32,000 nucleotides of DNA from Candidatus Methanoperedens sp. (GTDB lineage Archaea; Halobacteriota; Methanosarcinia; Methanosarcinales; Methanoperedenaceae), in contig JBGQBI010000001.1 of NCBI GenBank assembly GCA_041494705.1, forward strand, positions 1-32,000, given 5' to 3'. The notes beneath the pieces were generated by a model. It was not told the origin of the DNA. It saw only the letters and a list, made by a program, of their open reading frames with translations, and searched no databases. The position numbers and the translations under genes were made by a program. Each line of letters begins with the position of its first letter. Within the stretch, counting starts at the first letter, position 1. Shown piece after piece: positions 1 to 9,121 of the stretch.

Positions 1-12
1 TATCAAAAACTG

Positions 13-85
13 TTGCGGCAGTTTACACCGCATACACGTATGGCTTTGCCATACGTGGGTACTGCGCAAGCCGAAGTTTCGGCTT
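13..85. repeat. Cluster of three adjacent stem-loops, non-coding
   Basis: Stems TGCGG/CCGCA (14-18/28-32), a perfect 10-bp CACGTATGGC/GCCATACGTG (35-44/48-57), and AAGCCGAA/TTCGGCTT (68-75/78-85). Read directly from the sequence. Confidence 0.6.
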
Positions 86-205
86 ACAGAGAACTATTAC
101 AACTCTGTGCTCTCTGTGTGCTCTGTGGTCGATTATCCTTACTTGAGTTCATTTATCAACGATTGCAGAACATATTTATCCTAAACCCGTCTCTAAACCC
201 CTATA

Positions 206-970
206 ATGGGCATCAAGGAAAGCGCGATAAGGCAATTCGGAAGCAGGGCGGAAGCATACTCGAAAGGGAATATATTCGTGGACGGTGTTCATCTCTCCGA
301 AATAGTAAAAAAAAGCGGGGTAGCAAAAAACCACCGCGTTCTTGATGTAGCCACAGGCGCGGGTTTTCTCGCGCTTGAGTTCGCAAAAAATGCGCAAACT
401 GTAATCGGCTGCGACATCACGCGCAACATGCTCATGAAAGCCATTGAAAAGCAGGAAATTTCAGGACTGGACAATACCGGATTCCTGCTTTCTGACGTGG
501 AATCGCTTCCCTTTCCTGATGAGAGCTTTGATATAGTCTCATGCAGGTTCGCATTCCATCATTTTCCAGACCCGGGCAAAGCCCTGGCGGAAATGAAACG
601 GGTCTGTAAAAAACGTATAATCATAGTTGACGGCGTCTCATCCGAAGACCGCGATAAGAGCCTGTTCCATAACCATATCGAAAAGCTCCGCGACCCCTCG
701 CATGTCAGGATATATGCGCTTCGTGAAATGGAAAAAATGGTCAAAGACACCGGGGCTGTTATTTCGGAGCTGGCGCACCGGGATATCCCGCAGGATTTCG
801 GGGAGTGGATAAGTCGGGCTGGAACCGAGGCAAAGACGGCAAAAGTCATTGAAGGTTTGATGAGGCAGAGTGTGAATGGTGACAGCACGGGTTTGCGGGT
901 GAAGCTTGAAAACGGAAGGCTCGGGTTTACGTATGATACGGTTATTCTGATTGTGGATATTCGCGGATAG
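206..970 (+). CDS. Class I SAM-dependent methyltransferase (Methyltransf_11 / UbiE-like)
   Basis: 254-aa ORF. SAM-binding motif I VLDVATGAGFLALEFA, followed by GCDIT and FDIVSCRFAFHHFPD, typical of this family. Confidence 0.85.
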   Translation: MGIKESAIRQFGSRAEAYSKGNIFVDGVHLSEIVKKSGVAKNHRVLDVATGAGFLALEFAKNAQTVIGCDITRNMLMKAIEKQEISGLDNTGFLLSDVESLPFPDESFDIVSCRFAFHHFPDPGKALAEMKRVCKKRIIIVDGVSSEDRDKSLFHNHIEKLRDPSHVRIYALREMEKMVKDTGAVISELAHRDIPQDFGEWISRAGTEAKTAKVIEGLMRQSVNGDSTGLRVKLENGRLGFTYDTVILIVDIRG

Positions 971-988
971 GGCAAAAATACTTTTATG

Positions 989-1046
989 GTTGAGAACCGA
1001 ATTTTTCAAACATATTCTTGTGAATACTTTGCGTACCTGGCACCTT
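989..1046. repeat. Dispersed intergenic repeat, copy 1 (GTTGAGAACC...TTCTTGTGAATACTTTGC.TACCTGGC.CCTT)
   Basis: About 58 nt, near-identical to 6912-6968 with a few mismatches and a 1-nt indel on hand alignment. Confidence 0.7.
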
Positions 1047-1113
1047 ATAGAAAAATCAACAACTATAGCAAGATTCTTAAATAATCGTAAATCTAAAAAC
1101 TGGTATGAATCTG

Positions 1114-1165
1114 GACAGGATTAACAGGATAAGATATTAAATCCTGTTCATCCTGTAATCCTGTC
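1114..1165. repeat. Imperfect inverted repeat of ACAGGAT heptads between convergent gene ends
   Basis: GACAGGATTAACAGGAT ... ATCCTGTTCATCCTGTAATCCTGTC: two heptads on the left arm and three on the right. Confidence 0.55.
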
Positions 1166-1190
1166 TGGAAAATCTATAATTTTCAATATT

Positions 1191-1415
1191 TTATTGCTTC
1201 ATAAGCCGTTTCTCAATTACTCCCGGCCATATCGATGCCGATACAATCATCGACAGGATGAAAACATACACCATGCCGGCATACACATCCACAGATTTGT
1301 ACTCCGCCGGGTTTGTGCTTACCATCCGCATGGCAAGAATATAGAACATTACCATTATAAAAACCGAAGTCGCAAGGCTTGCAAGAACACTGTAAACCCC
1401 AAGCTTCTTTTCCAT
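1191..1415 (-). CDS. Small membrane protein (2 predicted TM helices), likely co-transcribed with copA
   Basis: 74-aa ORF starting 4 nt after the copA stop. Two hydrophobic stretches (VYSVLASLATSVFIMVMFYILAM and MVYVFILSMIVSASIW). Confidence 0.5.
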   Translation of the reverse strand: MEKKLGVYSVLASLATSVFIMVMFYILAMRMVSTNPAEYKSVDVYAGMVYVFILSMIVSASIWPGVIEKRLMKQ

Positions 1416-1419
1416 ATTT

Positions 1420-4170
1420 TCACCCCTTTAATTTGATGCGCTTCAAGAGCAGCGTGTTCATAGTCACTGTGACAGAACTTGCAGCCATCGCTGCTGCTGC
1501 CAGCGCAGGATTAAGCAACCCTGCTGCTCCCATGAACGGATACAGTATGCCTGCAGCTATCGGGATTCCCACCGAGTTGTAGAAGAAAGCCCAGAAAAGG
1601 TTCTGCTTTATTTTATTAAGCGTGAGCCTGCTCAGCCGTATTGCTTTTGCCACATCGCGCACGTCGTTCTTTATCAGCACAATCTGGGCAGATTCGATAG
1701 CAACATCAGTGCCGCTCCCTATGGCTATACCCACATCAGACTGCGCAAGAGCCGGGGCATCGTTTATACCATCGCCCACCATCGCCACTTTTTTGCCTTC
1801 AGCCTGGAGTTTCTTGATCTCAGCCGCCTTATCTTCGGGAAGAACCTCTGACAAAACCATGTCGATGCCCACTTGTTTTGCGATTGCATCAGCCGTTCTC
1901 CTGTTGTCGCCTGTTATCATGGCAACAGAGAAACCCATATCATGCAGTTCACGCACAGCCTCGGCTGAATTCTCCTTAAGGGTATCGGCAACCGCGATTA
2001 TGCCCGCTATTTCGTTATCGAGCGCCACGAGCATTGCAGTCTTCCCCTCATGCTCAAGTTCCTCAAGCTTTCCCGAATGAGGCGTAATGTCCATTCCGTA
2101 CTCGGTCATCAGCTTTCGCGTTCCGATAAGCACTTTTTTCCCGCCGTATTTTACCTCAACGCCGCGGCCCGGTATTGCCTTGAACTCCTCTGCGTCTGGC
2201 ACAACTATGCCGCGTTCCTTTGCGCCTTTGAGGATGGCTTCACCGAGGGGATGCTCCGACCCCTTCTCCGCTATGGCGGCAAGCCTCAGCACCTCGTCCT
2301 GGGTGCCTTTTATGGCTATCACATCGGTGAGCGCAGGCTCGCCTTTTGTGAGCGTGCCGGTTTTATCGAAGACGATGGTATCCAGTTTTTGCGCCTTCTC
2401 AAGCACCTCGCCGCCCTTGATGAGAATGCCGTTCTCCGCGCCTTTTCCTGTTCCCACCATGATAGCGATAGGTGTCGCCAGTCCCACAGCGCACGGGCAG
2501 GAGATGATGAGCACTGTTATGGAAATCAACAGCGAGAAAAGGAAAGGGGAAGTCAGCCCCATCCCGGAGGTTGCAGGCACATTGAATTTCTCAAACCCGA
2601 TGAAGAACCAGAAGAAAAACGTAAGCAGCGCAAGTATATGCACAGCGAGGATGAAATGCCCCGCCACTATATCGGCGAGTTTCTGTATCGGCGCCTTGCG
2701 GGTCTGGGCGTCTTCCACCAGTTTGATAATCTGCGAAAGTGCGGTGTCCGAGCCTACCTTTGTCGCTTTGAACTTTATCATGCCCGTTTTGTTCATTGTG
2801 GCGCCGATTACCAGAGAGCCTGCCGTTTTCTCAACAGGTATGCTCTCTCCGGTGAGCATGGATTCATCAACCGCCGTGAGACCATCGACGACCCTGCCAT
2901 CGACAGGTATTTTTTCACCCGGTCTCACAACAACAATATCATCGACCTTCACATCCTCGACAGGTATTTCCTTCTCTTCCCCGCCAACGATGATGCGTGC
3001 GGTCTTTGCCGCAAGCCCCATAAGCTTCCTGATGGCTTCCGAGGTCTTTCCCTTGGTGAGCGCCTCAAGATACCGCCCGAGCACGATGAACATGATAAGC
3101 AGCGCAGCGGTATCATAATAAGTATGCTTGTACGCCTCGCCGAGGTCAAGGAATGTGGCTGCAACACTGATGGTATAAGCCGCGCCCGTTCCCGTTGCTA
3201 TCAGGAGATTCATGTCAGTCATGCCGTGCCTTAAACCTTTATAAGTGCCCTCAAAAAACTGCCGCCCGGGGAAGAGCATCACGATTGTGGCAAGGATGAA
3301 AAGAACATAATCGTTTTTCAGTATTTCGGGCACGAATGCCCATTCCATGTTGCGCCCCATGTCACCGAGAGATATCGGGACAGCAAGGAGAACCGCAATG
3401 ATAAGATTAATCCTCTGTTTCTTTATTTCCTCTTCGCGTGCCCTCTTTTCCCTGTCGGCATCCGATTTTTCAAGTTTCTCGGAAGCCGTGTAGCCCACAC
3501 TCTCAATTGTTTTTATCATGTCTGATACCGAGATGAGTTCAGGGTCGTAGGTAATCCTTGCCCGCTCAAGCGGAAAACTGACATCAACAGAAACAATACC
3601 GCCTGTTTTCTTAAGCGCAGTCTCGATATTGAGCGCACAGGCAGCGCAATGCATCCCTCCAATCTTGAGCGTGATATCGCTCTTAGCCACGCCGTATCCC
3701 AGGGAAGTTATCACGCTTTCCAAGCTTTGCGGCGTCACCTTGGCAGCGTCGTATTCCACGCTTGCTTTTTCAAATGAGAAGTTAACGGATGCGTTTTTCA
3801 CACCTTCTGTTTTTATTAACGCCGTTTCGATGTTCTGGGCGCACGAAGCGCATGTCATCCCTGTTATCTTCAAAGAGATTTTTTTTAACCCGCTTTCTTT
3901 AATCTCAACCTTAGTTTCAGGTATAACCACCTGCTTTACCGGAACAGGGCAGGCTTCCCCCTCATCTATTACTTCATACCCTGAAGAAGCGATAGCCGTT
4001 TTTATTGTCCCAAGGTCTGTGACATTTGTGTCAAACGACACCTTTGCCTCGCCTCGCTTAAAATCGGATGAGGCTTTTGTCACCCCTTTAACACTCATTG
4101 CGGCTTCAGTCACTGTTTTTTCGCAATGGCCGCACATCATGCCTTTGATTTTAATTACAACGTCTTCCAA
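1420..4170 (-). CDS. copA: Copper-translocating P1B-type ATPase with three N-terminal HMA domains
   Basis: Three MxCxxC motifs (GMMCGHC, GMTCASC, GMHCAAC). CPC in [11 protein letters not shown], phosphorylation site FDKTGTLT, hinge [11 protein letters not shown] start preceded by GGAGA. Confidence 0.95.
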   Translation of the reverse strand: MEDVVIKIKGMMCGHCEKTVTEAAMSVKGVTKASSDFKRGEAKVSFDTNVTDLGTIKTAIASSGYEVIDEGEACPVPVKQVVIPETKVEIKESGLKKISLKITGMTCASCAQNIETALIKTEGVKNASVNFSFEKASVEYDAAKVTPQSLESVITSLGYGVAKSDITLKIGGMHCAACALNIETALKKTGGIVSVDVSFPLERARITYDPELISVSDMIKTIESVGYTASEKLEKSDADREKRAREEEIKKQRINLIIAVLLAVPISLGDMGRNMEWAFVPEILKNDYVLFILATIVMLFPGRQFFEGTYKGLRHGMTDMNLLIATGTGAAYTISVAATFLDLGEAYKHTYYDTAALLIMFIVLGRYLEALTKGKTSEAIRKLMGLAAKTARIIVGGEEKEIPVEDVKVDDIVVVRPGEKIPVDGRVVDGLTAVDESMLTGESIPVEKTAGSLVIGATMNKTGMIKFKATKVGSDTALSQIIKLVEDAQTRKAPIQKLADIVAGHFILAVHILALLTFFFWFFIGFEKFNVPATSGMGLTSPFLFSLLISITVLIISCPCAVGLATPIAIMVGTGKGAENGILIKGGEVLEKAQKLDTIVFDKTGTLTKGEPALTDVIAIKGTQDEVLRLAAIAEKGSEHPLGEAILKGAKERGIVVPDAEEFKAIPGRGVEVKYGGKKVLIGTRKLMTEYGMDITPHSGKLEELEHEGKTAMLVALDNEIAGIIAVADTLKENSAEAVRELHDMGFSVAMITGDNRRTADAIAKQVGIDMVLSEVLPEDKAAEIKKLQAEGKKVAMVGDGINDAPALAQSDVGIAIGSGTDVAIESAQIVLIKNDVRDVAKAIRLSRLTLNKIKQNLFWAFFYNSVGIPIAAGILYPFMGAAGLLNPALAAAAMAASSVTVTMNTLLLKRIKLKG

Positions 4171-4297
4171 TGATATTCTCCAGACTTATTTGTGGACTTG
4201 ATAATATAATACTTATCAGTTATGTTTGTTCTGGTTTAAAAAATAAGAAAAATCTCGAATTGAATCTTAATTTTTGAAAATATACGGAATATTTTCT

Positions 4298-5101
4298 TTA
4301 CGCGATATCCTTTGTAGTATCTATCTGAACACCGTCTCCGACCTTGAACCTTATCATTTCAATCGACGGGACTCTTCCCCTTATTTTCGGTATTGAAAGC
4401 CGGTTAGAAATCTTTTCCGAATTTTTTTCAGAATCCACATCAAAAATCACGTCACAGGATTTTAATATTTCATTTTCAAGATTCTTTTCATGTGTATCCT
4501 TGAGGCCGTATAAAAAAGTCAGGCAATTAACGCTTTTTGTTGCCTCGTATATCAAATTGATGAGCCGTTTGATTGATCCCGGATTAACGTTCAGGTTCAG
4601 GTAGAAAGAGAACGAGTCAAAAATTATGTTTATATCCTGTTCTTCTTCAGCCACTATTTTTTTCAGGTTATATTCCGTGAATTCCACTATCTTGGCATCG
4701 ACGAATTCATTGCCAATATTATCAACCATATCTCCATGGGACGAGATATAATACTCACTGTATATATCCACAAATGTAATATCATCTGTTTTAAAACCAA
4801 AATTCTGGATATCATGCATTACATATACCGGGCGCCTTTCATTTGAAAAATAATAGCTTTTGCGGGCCTGCGTGAATTGGAATAAGAAAACTTCAGCCAT
4901 GGAAGTGGCATCGGCGTGTATATAGGCAACAGAACCCGATGGCAATCCGCCTCCGAGGGTACGGTCAAGAATAGATATGCCTGTGGTCCGGTTTTGTTTT
5001 TGGGGAACCCCATTCAAGATTGAAACTGCCAGCGGGCTAGTACTTTGGGAAGGTTTTTTATTGACAGTCCCTGCTAAAGATATTCTTTTTCCGTTTGCCA
5101 T
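4298..5101 (-). CDS. KaiC/RecA-superfamily ATPase-like protein with degenerate Walker A
   Basis: GISILDRTLGGGLPSGSVAYI matches the KaiC/RadA-type lead-in. ADATSMAE replaces the expected GxxGxGK[ST]. A Walker B-like IIFDSFS is retained. Confidence 0.7.
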   Translation of the reverse strand: MANGKRISLAGTVNKKPSQSTSPLAVSILNGVPQKQNRTTGISILDRTLGGGLPSGSVAYIHADATSMAEVFLFQFTQARKSYYFSNERRPVYVMHDIQNFGFKTDDITFVDIYSEYYISSHGDMVDNIGNEFVDAKIVEFTEYNLKKIVAEEEQDINIIFDSFSFYLNLNVNPGSIKRLINLIYEATKSVNCLTFLYGLKDTHEKNLENEILKSCDVIFDVDSEKNSEKISNRLSIPKIRGRVPSIEMIRFKVGDGVQIDTTKDIA

Positions 5102-5181
5102 TTTTTCCCTTTTTTTATAATAGAGTTATTTTTTTCTGGCTTAATATAGTTTACTAAAAATGCATGATAATAATGATGAGA

Positions 5182-6846
5182 TTAAAATAAGGTTTTAGGT
5201 TTTTGTGCTTTCTTCTTTACATTGCCGGATTTTTTCAAGGAACCCAAACACATTTCCATACCTTTAATCGCTATTTGGCTTTCAGGATTTAATTCAAATG
5301 CCATTTGATAACTTTTAAGGGCCTCTCTGATATCCCCTTTTTTATAAAGCGCATTGCCTTTATTATTTAGAAATACATAGTCGTCCGGGTCGATTCCCAG
5401 CGCTTTATCATAGCAGATTATTGCCTCATCGATTTTTCCTGATTTTGCAAAAGCAAGACCTTTATTGTTCCAGGCGATGGTATTTTCGGAATCTATCAGA
5501 AGCGATTTATTGAACGAATCGATTGCATCTTCATATTTTTTCATGGAATACAACGCATTTCCGGTAACAAGGTGATCTAAAGCTTTTTTGGCTATTTCAT
5601 GACCAGGCGCAGGCTTTTTTTGTTGAGCTTTCGGCGCCGGTTTTTCTATCTTAATAATTTTTCTTTCAGGGGGAGGTTCGATAAATGCCTGTTCCTCGAT
5701 ACTCTTAACGGGAGCAGGTTCGGGTTTAATTGTTTTCGGTTCAGGTTGCTTAGTGATAGCTTGTTCAACAGGATGATGTTTGATTATTTTCTGCTCCTTG
5801 AAACTCTCAACAGGAGCGGGTTCAGGAATTATGGCAACTGGCTCCGCTTCAGGCTGTGGCAGCTCAATAACCGGCTGTTCAACGACTTGCGGTTCTATAA
5901 ATGCCTGTTCTTTGATGGTTTCAGCAGGATGTTCAGGCATCTTGGTAACGGTTTCTGGCTCTGGTTCAGGTTGCGGAGGCTTAATAACTGGCTGTTCAAC
6001 GACTTGCGGTTCGATAAATTCCTGTTCTTTGATGGTTTCAGGAGGAGCAGGCTTTTCAACTACTGCCTCTTGCATCGGTTCAGGCTTCGGAGGCGTAATG
6101 ACCGGTTGCTCAATAAACGGTGGTTCGATGGCAGGAGCCGCCTCCTCTTCTTTCGGTATGGATGAAGCAATCTTTTGTAAATCGATTGTTTCAGCGTTCT
6201 GCTTCATTTTTGCAAGAGCGAGCCCTTTATTGCTCCATATCTTCTCAACTTTCGGGTTTATTTCAAGAGCCTTATCATAGGATTCTATAGCCTGGGCGAA
6301 CCGGTTAAGTTTTACAAGAGTCAATCCCCTGTTATTCCATACTGTCTCGTCCCCGGGATTGATTTCGATTGATTTGTCATACGCACGAAGCGCCTCTTGA
6401 AAATTGCCGCTCTCAAAATACACATCGCCCTTGCTGCACCATGCGGCAGCGTCAGTGGGATTTTTTTCAAGCAATTTATCATAACAGGCAATGGCCTCAG
6501 GCAGCCGCCCGAGCTGGGCAAGCGCAATGCCTTTATTATACATCACTTCTTCGTCATCAGGTTTGAGTTCAATGGCTTTATCATAACACTGTATGGCTTC
6601 TGAATATCTCCCGGTTCTTGCAAGTGCAAGCCCTTTATTATTCCAGACTTCGGTTAATTTTGGGTTTATCCCGAGGACTTTATCATAATACTTAATAGCC
6701 TCTGCATACATGCCGCTCTCAACCAGCTCATTGCCCTTATTGGCCAATACGCTCGCATCCGCGCCCCCAATGTCATTCATAGGCCCACCCGCATTTTCAC
6801 TTTCGGAAATGGGTTTCTTTCTCCTGAAAATCGTCTCAAATCCCAT
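5182..6846 (-). CDS. TPR-repeat protein with central Pro/Glu-rich repeat linker
   Basis: Multiple 34-aa TPR units (W.NKG.AL...G...EAI..YDKAL.I.P) at both ends. Central low-complexity P/E/Q/I-rich region. Confidence 0.9.
   Translation of the reverse strand: MGFETIFRRKKPISESENAGGPMNDIGGADASVLANKGNELVESGMYAEAIKYYDKVLGINPKLTEVWNNKGLALARTGRYSEAIQCYDKAIELKPDDEEVMYNKGIALAQLGRLPEAIACYDKLLEKNPTDAAAWCSKGDVYFESGNFQEALRAYDKSIEINPGDETVWNNRGLTLVKLNRFAQAIESYDKALEINPKVEKIWSNKGLALAKMKQNAETIDLQKIASSIPKEEEAAPAIEPPFIEQPVITPPKPEPMQEAVVEKPAPPETIKEQEFIEPQVVEQPVIKPPQPEPEPETVTKMPEHPAETIKEQAFIEPQVVEQPVIELPQPEAEPVAIIPEPAPVESFKEQKIIKHHPVEQAITKQPEPKTIKPEPAPVKSIEEQAFIEPPPERKIIKIEKPAPKAQQKKPAPGHEIAKKALDHLVTGNALYSMKKYEDAIDSFNKSLLIDSENTIAWNNKGLAFAKSGKIDEAIICYDKALGIDPDDYVFLNNKGNALYKKGDIREALKSYQMAFELNPESQIAIKGMEMCLGSLKKSGNVKKKAQKPKTLF
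5866..6046 (-). repeat. 117-nt (39-codon) tandem duplication inside the TPR gene
   Basis: AATAAC[CT]GGCTGTTCAACGACTTGCGGTTC.ATAAAT.CCTGTTCTTTGATGGTTTCAG occurs at 5866 and again at 5983. Protein-level unit is ETIKEQ.FIEPQVVEQPVI..PQPE. Confidence 0.85.
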
Positions 6847-6911
6847 ATCTCAATACCATTAAATATAATGAGCCAATTAATATTGCTTATCCTATTTAAT
6901 GTTTATTTATT

Positions 6912-6994
6912 GTTGAGAACCTGATTTTCCAAAATATTCTTGTGAATACTTTGCTTACCTGGCGCCTTTTGCGGTGTGCGATTTTATTCACCGC
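6912..6994. repeat. Dispersed intergenic repeat, copy 2, plus attached hairpin
   Basis: 6912-6968 matches 989-1046. It is followed by a 6-bp stem GCGGTG/CACCGC (6971-6994). Confidence 0.7.
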
Positions 6995-7173
6995 AGAGCG
7001 CGAAGGTCGAAAGTTAGTTTTAACTCGTAGGGTCAAGGGGTAGAGAAGTCCCCTTCTGAGAGGTAGGGGATGAATCGTACCCCTTGGGATATGCGATTTG
7101 ATAAAAGCCGAAAACACTTTCACCATGCTTACATAAAAACCATATCTATACAGATATAATCCAGATAAATACT

Positions 7174-8445
7174 ATGCGACTAACTGAAAAAATCAGGATA
7201 TACCCAACACCTGAACAGGAAGAAGTATTATGGCATCTATCAGAGCAATGCAGGCTAATATACAATTTTGCTCTTGCAGAACGAAGAAAAGAATGGATAC
7301 TCAATAACTTTCGAGCCGATTTTGAAGTATTCCCTTGGGGAAAACCATACTATGAAGTTGGATACAAGAAACAGCAAAACGATTTGCCGAAAATAAAAGA
7401 AAAGTATCCGAAATATAATGTTGTATATTCAAAAGTATTGCAGATGGCTATCCGAACCCTCAATGCTGATTACAGTTCATTTTTTGAGCAAAGAAAAAAA
7501 GGTGATACCAATGCACATTCACCTGGATTCAAAGGCAAAAACCATTTCACTACAATGATGTATAATCAATCCGGGTTCACAATCAAAGGATCAGAAATAT
7601 CGTTATCCCATTTTTATAATGAAGTGCCTCTTGTATTTGAATTATTGCGAAAATACAATAAAGTCTATCAAGTAAATGTCTATCAGGTTGAAGGAAAATA
7701 TTATCTTGGGATTGTTCATGAAGTTCCGGAAAAACCTTATGTCGATAACGGATTGTATCAGGCAATTGACCTTGGAGTCACAAAAACCATAACCGCTATA
7801 AACACAGAATCAAAATTCTATGAAGCTGTAAACCCAAGACCGGACAAATACTGGAATCCGAAAGTCGATGAACTTCAAGCAAGACGAGACCATTGTATCA
7901 AAGGAAGCAATCACTGGCAGAGACTCAATCGAGCAAAGAATAAACTTACTCGGAAATGTAGTAACCAGATAAAAGACATTCAGCATAAACTCACACGGAA
8001 AATGGTTGACAATACTAAAGCCAATACAATCATTGTCGGTGACCTTGATGTCAAGGAAATGGCTCAATCCAAAAATACAAAAATAACAAAGAAAGCTAAA
8101 AAGAGTCTCAACCGATCAACTCAAAATAATGGATATTTATCTCAGTTTGTTGGATTTCTAACCTACAAGGCAGCACTTATAGGTAAGAAAGTAATAGAAA
8201 TCGATGAGCAATACACTTCTAAGAAATGTTATGTTTGCGGAAAGAAACACGACATGCCTATCTGGAAGCGTACTATGGAATGTGATTGTGGGAATGTAAT
8301 TGATAGAGATAGGAACAGTGCTATCTTTATCATGTTACGATTTCTATCAAAAAATGCCATGTGGACTGGCTACCAACAATTTGTTGGTAATCTACGACAA
8401 ACAGGGCTTATGGTGCCTAAACAAGCACCAGAAGCATACTCGTAG
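7174..8445 (+). CDS. tnpB: TnpB (OrfB) RNA-guided endonuclease / IS605-family accessory protein
   Basis: 423 aa. RuvC triad candidates AIDLGV, IEIDEQYTSKKC and IDRDRNSA. Zinc finger CYVCG...CDCG. N-terminal HTH-like region. Confidence 0.92.
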   Translation: MRLTEKIRIYPTPEQEEVLWHLSEQCRLIYNFALAERRKEWILNNFRADFEVFPWGKPYYEVGYKKQQNDLPKIKEKYPKYNVVYSKVLQMAIRTLNADYSSFFEQRKKGDTNAHSPGFKGKNHFTTMMYNQSGFTIKGSEISLSHFYNEVPLVFELLRKYNKVYQVNVYQVEGKYYLGIVHEVPEKPYVDNGLYQAIDLGVTKTITAINTESKFYEAVNPRPDKYWNPKVDELQARRDHCIKGSNHWQRLNRAKNKLTRKCSNQIKDIQHKLTRKMVDNTKANTIIVGDLDVKEMAQSKNTKITKKAKKSLNRSTQNNGYLSQFVGFLTYKAALIGKKVIEIDEQYTSKKCYVCGKKHDMPIWKRTMECDCGNVIDRDRNSAIFIMLRFLSKNAMWTGYQQFVGNLRQTGLMVPKQAPEAYS

Positions 8446-8485
8446 GAAGCCCCATCCCGAAAGGGTGGGGTAGTTCACAGATAAA
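8300..8485 (+). ncRNA. Predicted omega/reRNA of TnpB (position inferred, boundaries uncertain)
   Basis: In characterised TnpB elements the guide RNA scaffold overlaps the tnpB 3' end and the right end. Here a CCCCA-T-CCC GAAA GGG-TGGGG hairpin sits at 8450-8470, just after the stop. Confidence 0.3.
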
Positions 8486-8592
8486 TACAAGAGTTGATAA
8501 GCGAAATTGTCCACTCTATAAGGATAATTTTTATCCCGGTAAAAATAAATATGGATATAATCAAACACTGGTAAAAACACAGGGAAATAGCA

Positions 8593-9114
8593 ATGACAAT
8601 TCAAATCGACGACCAGGGATGGGGTACGCCAGTTGGGGGGGTGGGTATCATAGTAGTGAGAAAAGAGACCGGGGAATTGCATTATGATATCGTCCCGATA
8701 GAGCATTTTGGAAAAGAAATGTTTAAGAAGAAGACATATAATACGGGAGCGCAAAACATAGTGGAGAAGGGGTTCATTAAACTAAAAGTCCAGCATGACG
8801 AGAATATCGAGATATGCTCAGGCTGTATCCACGATAAGACAATCGAGTGGTTGAAAACCGAGGGCTATAAATTCACAGTTATGAAAATTGACGGTATTGC
8901 CCAGCAGAAAGGGGAATCGATGTTCATCGAATATCTCCGCACTCTTGGCCTCCCGAATCCGCCCGCCATTGTCGGGGAAACAGTGGATGAATATAAAGCG
9001 CAATTTTTCTATATCATGGACTGGGTAAGAGAGGACCCGCAGGGAAGGAAGCATCTTTGCAAAACCGGGTGGAAGTATTTCAAGAAATTCTTTAAAGATA
9101 CGAATAAAGATTAA
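8593..9114 (+). CDS. Conserved hypothetical protein (weak RNase HII-like N-terminal motif)
   Basis: 173-aa ORF, 7 nt upstream of the NTPase gene. N-terminal IDDQGWGTPVGGVGIIV resembles the GIDEAGRGPVIGPLVVA motif of RNase HII. No further assignment is possible by eye. Confidence 0.6.
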   Translation: MTIQIDDQGWGTPVGGVGIIVVRKETGELHYDIVPIEHFGKEMFKKKTYNTGAQNIVEKGFIKLKVQHDENIEICSGCIHDKTIEWLKTEGYKFTVMKIDGIAQQKGESMFIEYLRTLGLPNPPAIVGETVDEYKAQFFYIMDWVREDPQGRKHLCKTGWKYFKKFFKDTNKD

Positions 9115-9121
9115 GAGTATT

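Larger units (their letters stand above)
7000..8485 (+). mobile_element. IS200/IS605-family (IS1341-like) element carrying tnpB only; ends approximate
   Basis: tnpB ORF flanked by subterminal G/C hairpins: left AAGGGG/CCCCTT 7035-7055 and AGGGG/CCCCT 7065-7084, right 8450-8470. A 9-nt ACTCGTAGG lies just 5' of the hairpin at both ends (7023-7031 and 8438-8446). No tnpA is present. Confidence 0.65.

Noticed and set aside
1622-4201. Long plus-strand ORFs (152, 394, 343 and 190 aa) inside the copA region
   Set aside because: They are antisense shadows of a gene with unambiguous P-type ATPase motifs. Their translations are low-complexity (S/A/P/R-rich) with no motifs.
5599-6280. Plus-strand ORFs of 188 and 166 aa with repetitive F/R/L or G/S/C composition
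   Set aside because: They are antisense to the Pro/Glu-rich repeat of the TPR gene. The repetitiveness simply mirrors the coding repeat on the other strand.
6896-7126. 76-aa minus-strand ORF between the TPR gene and tnpB
   Set aside because: It spans the dispersed repeat and the IS left-end hairpins. It has no start context or motifs and is most likely non-coding.
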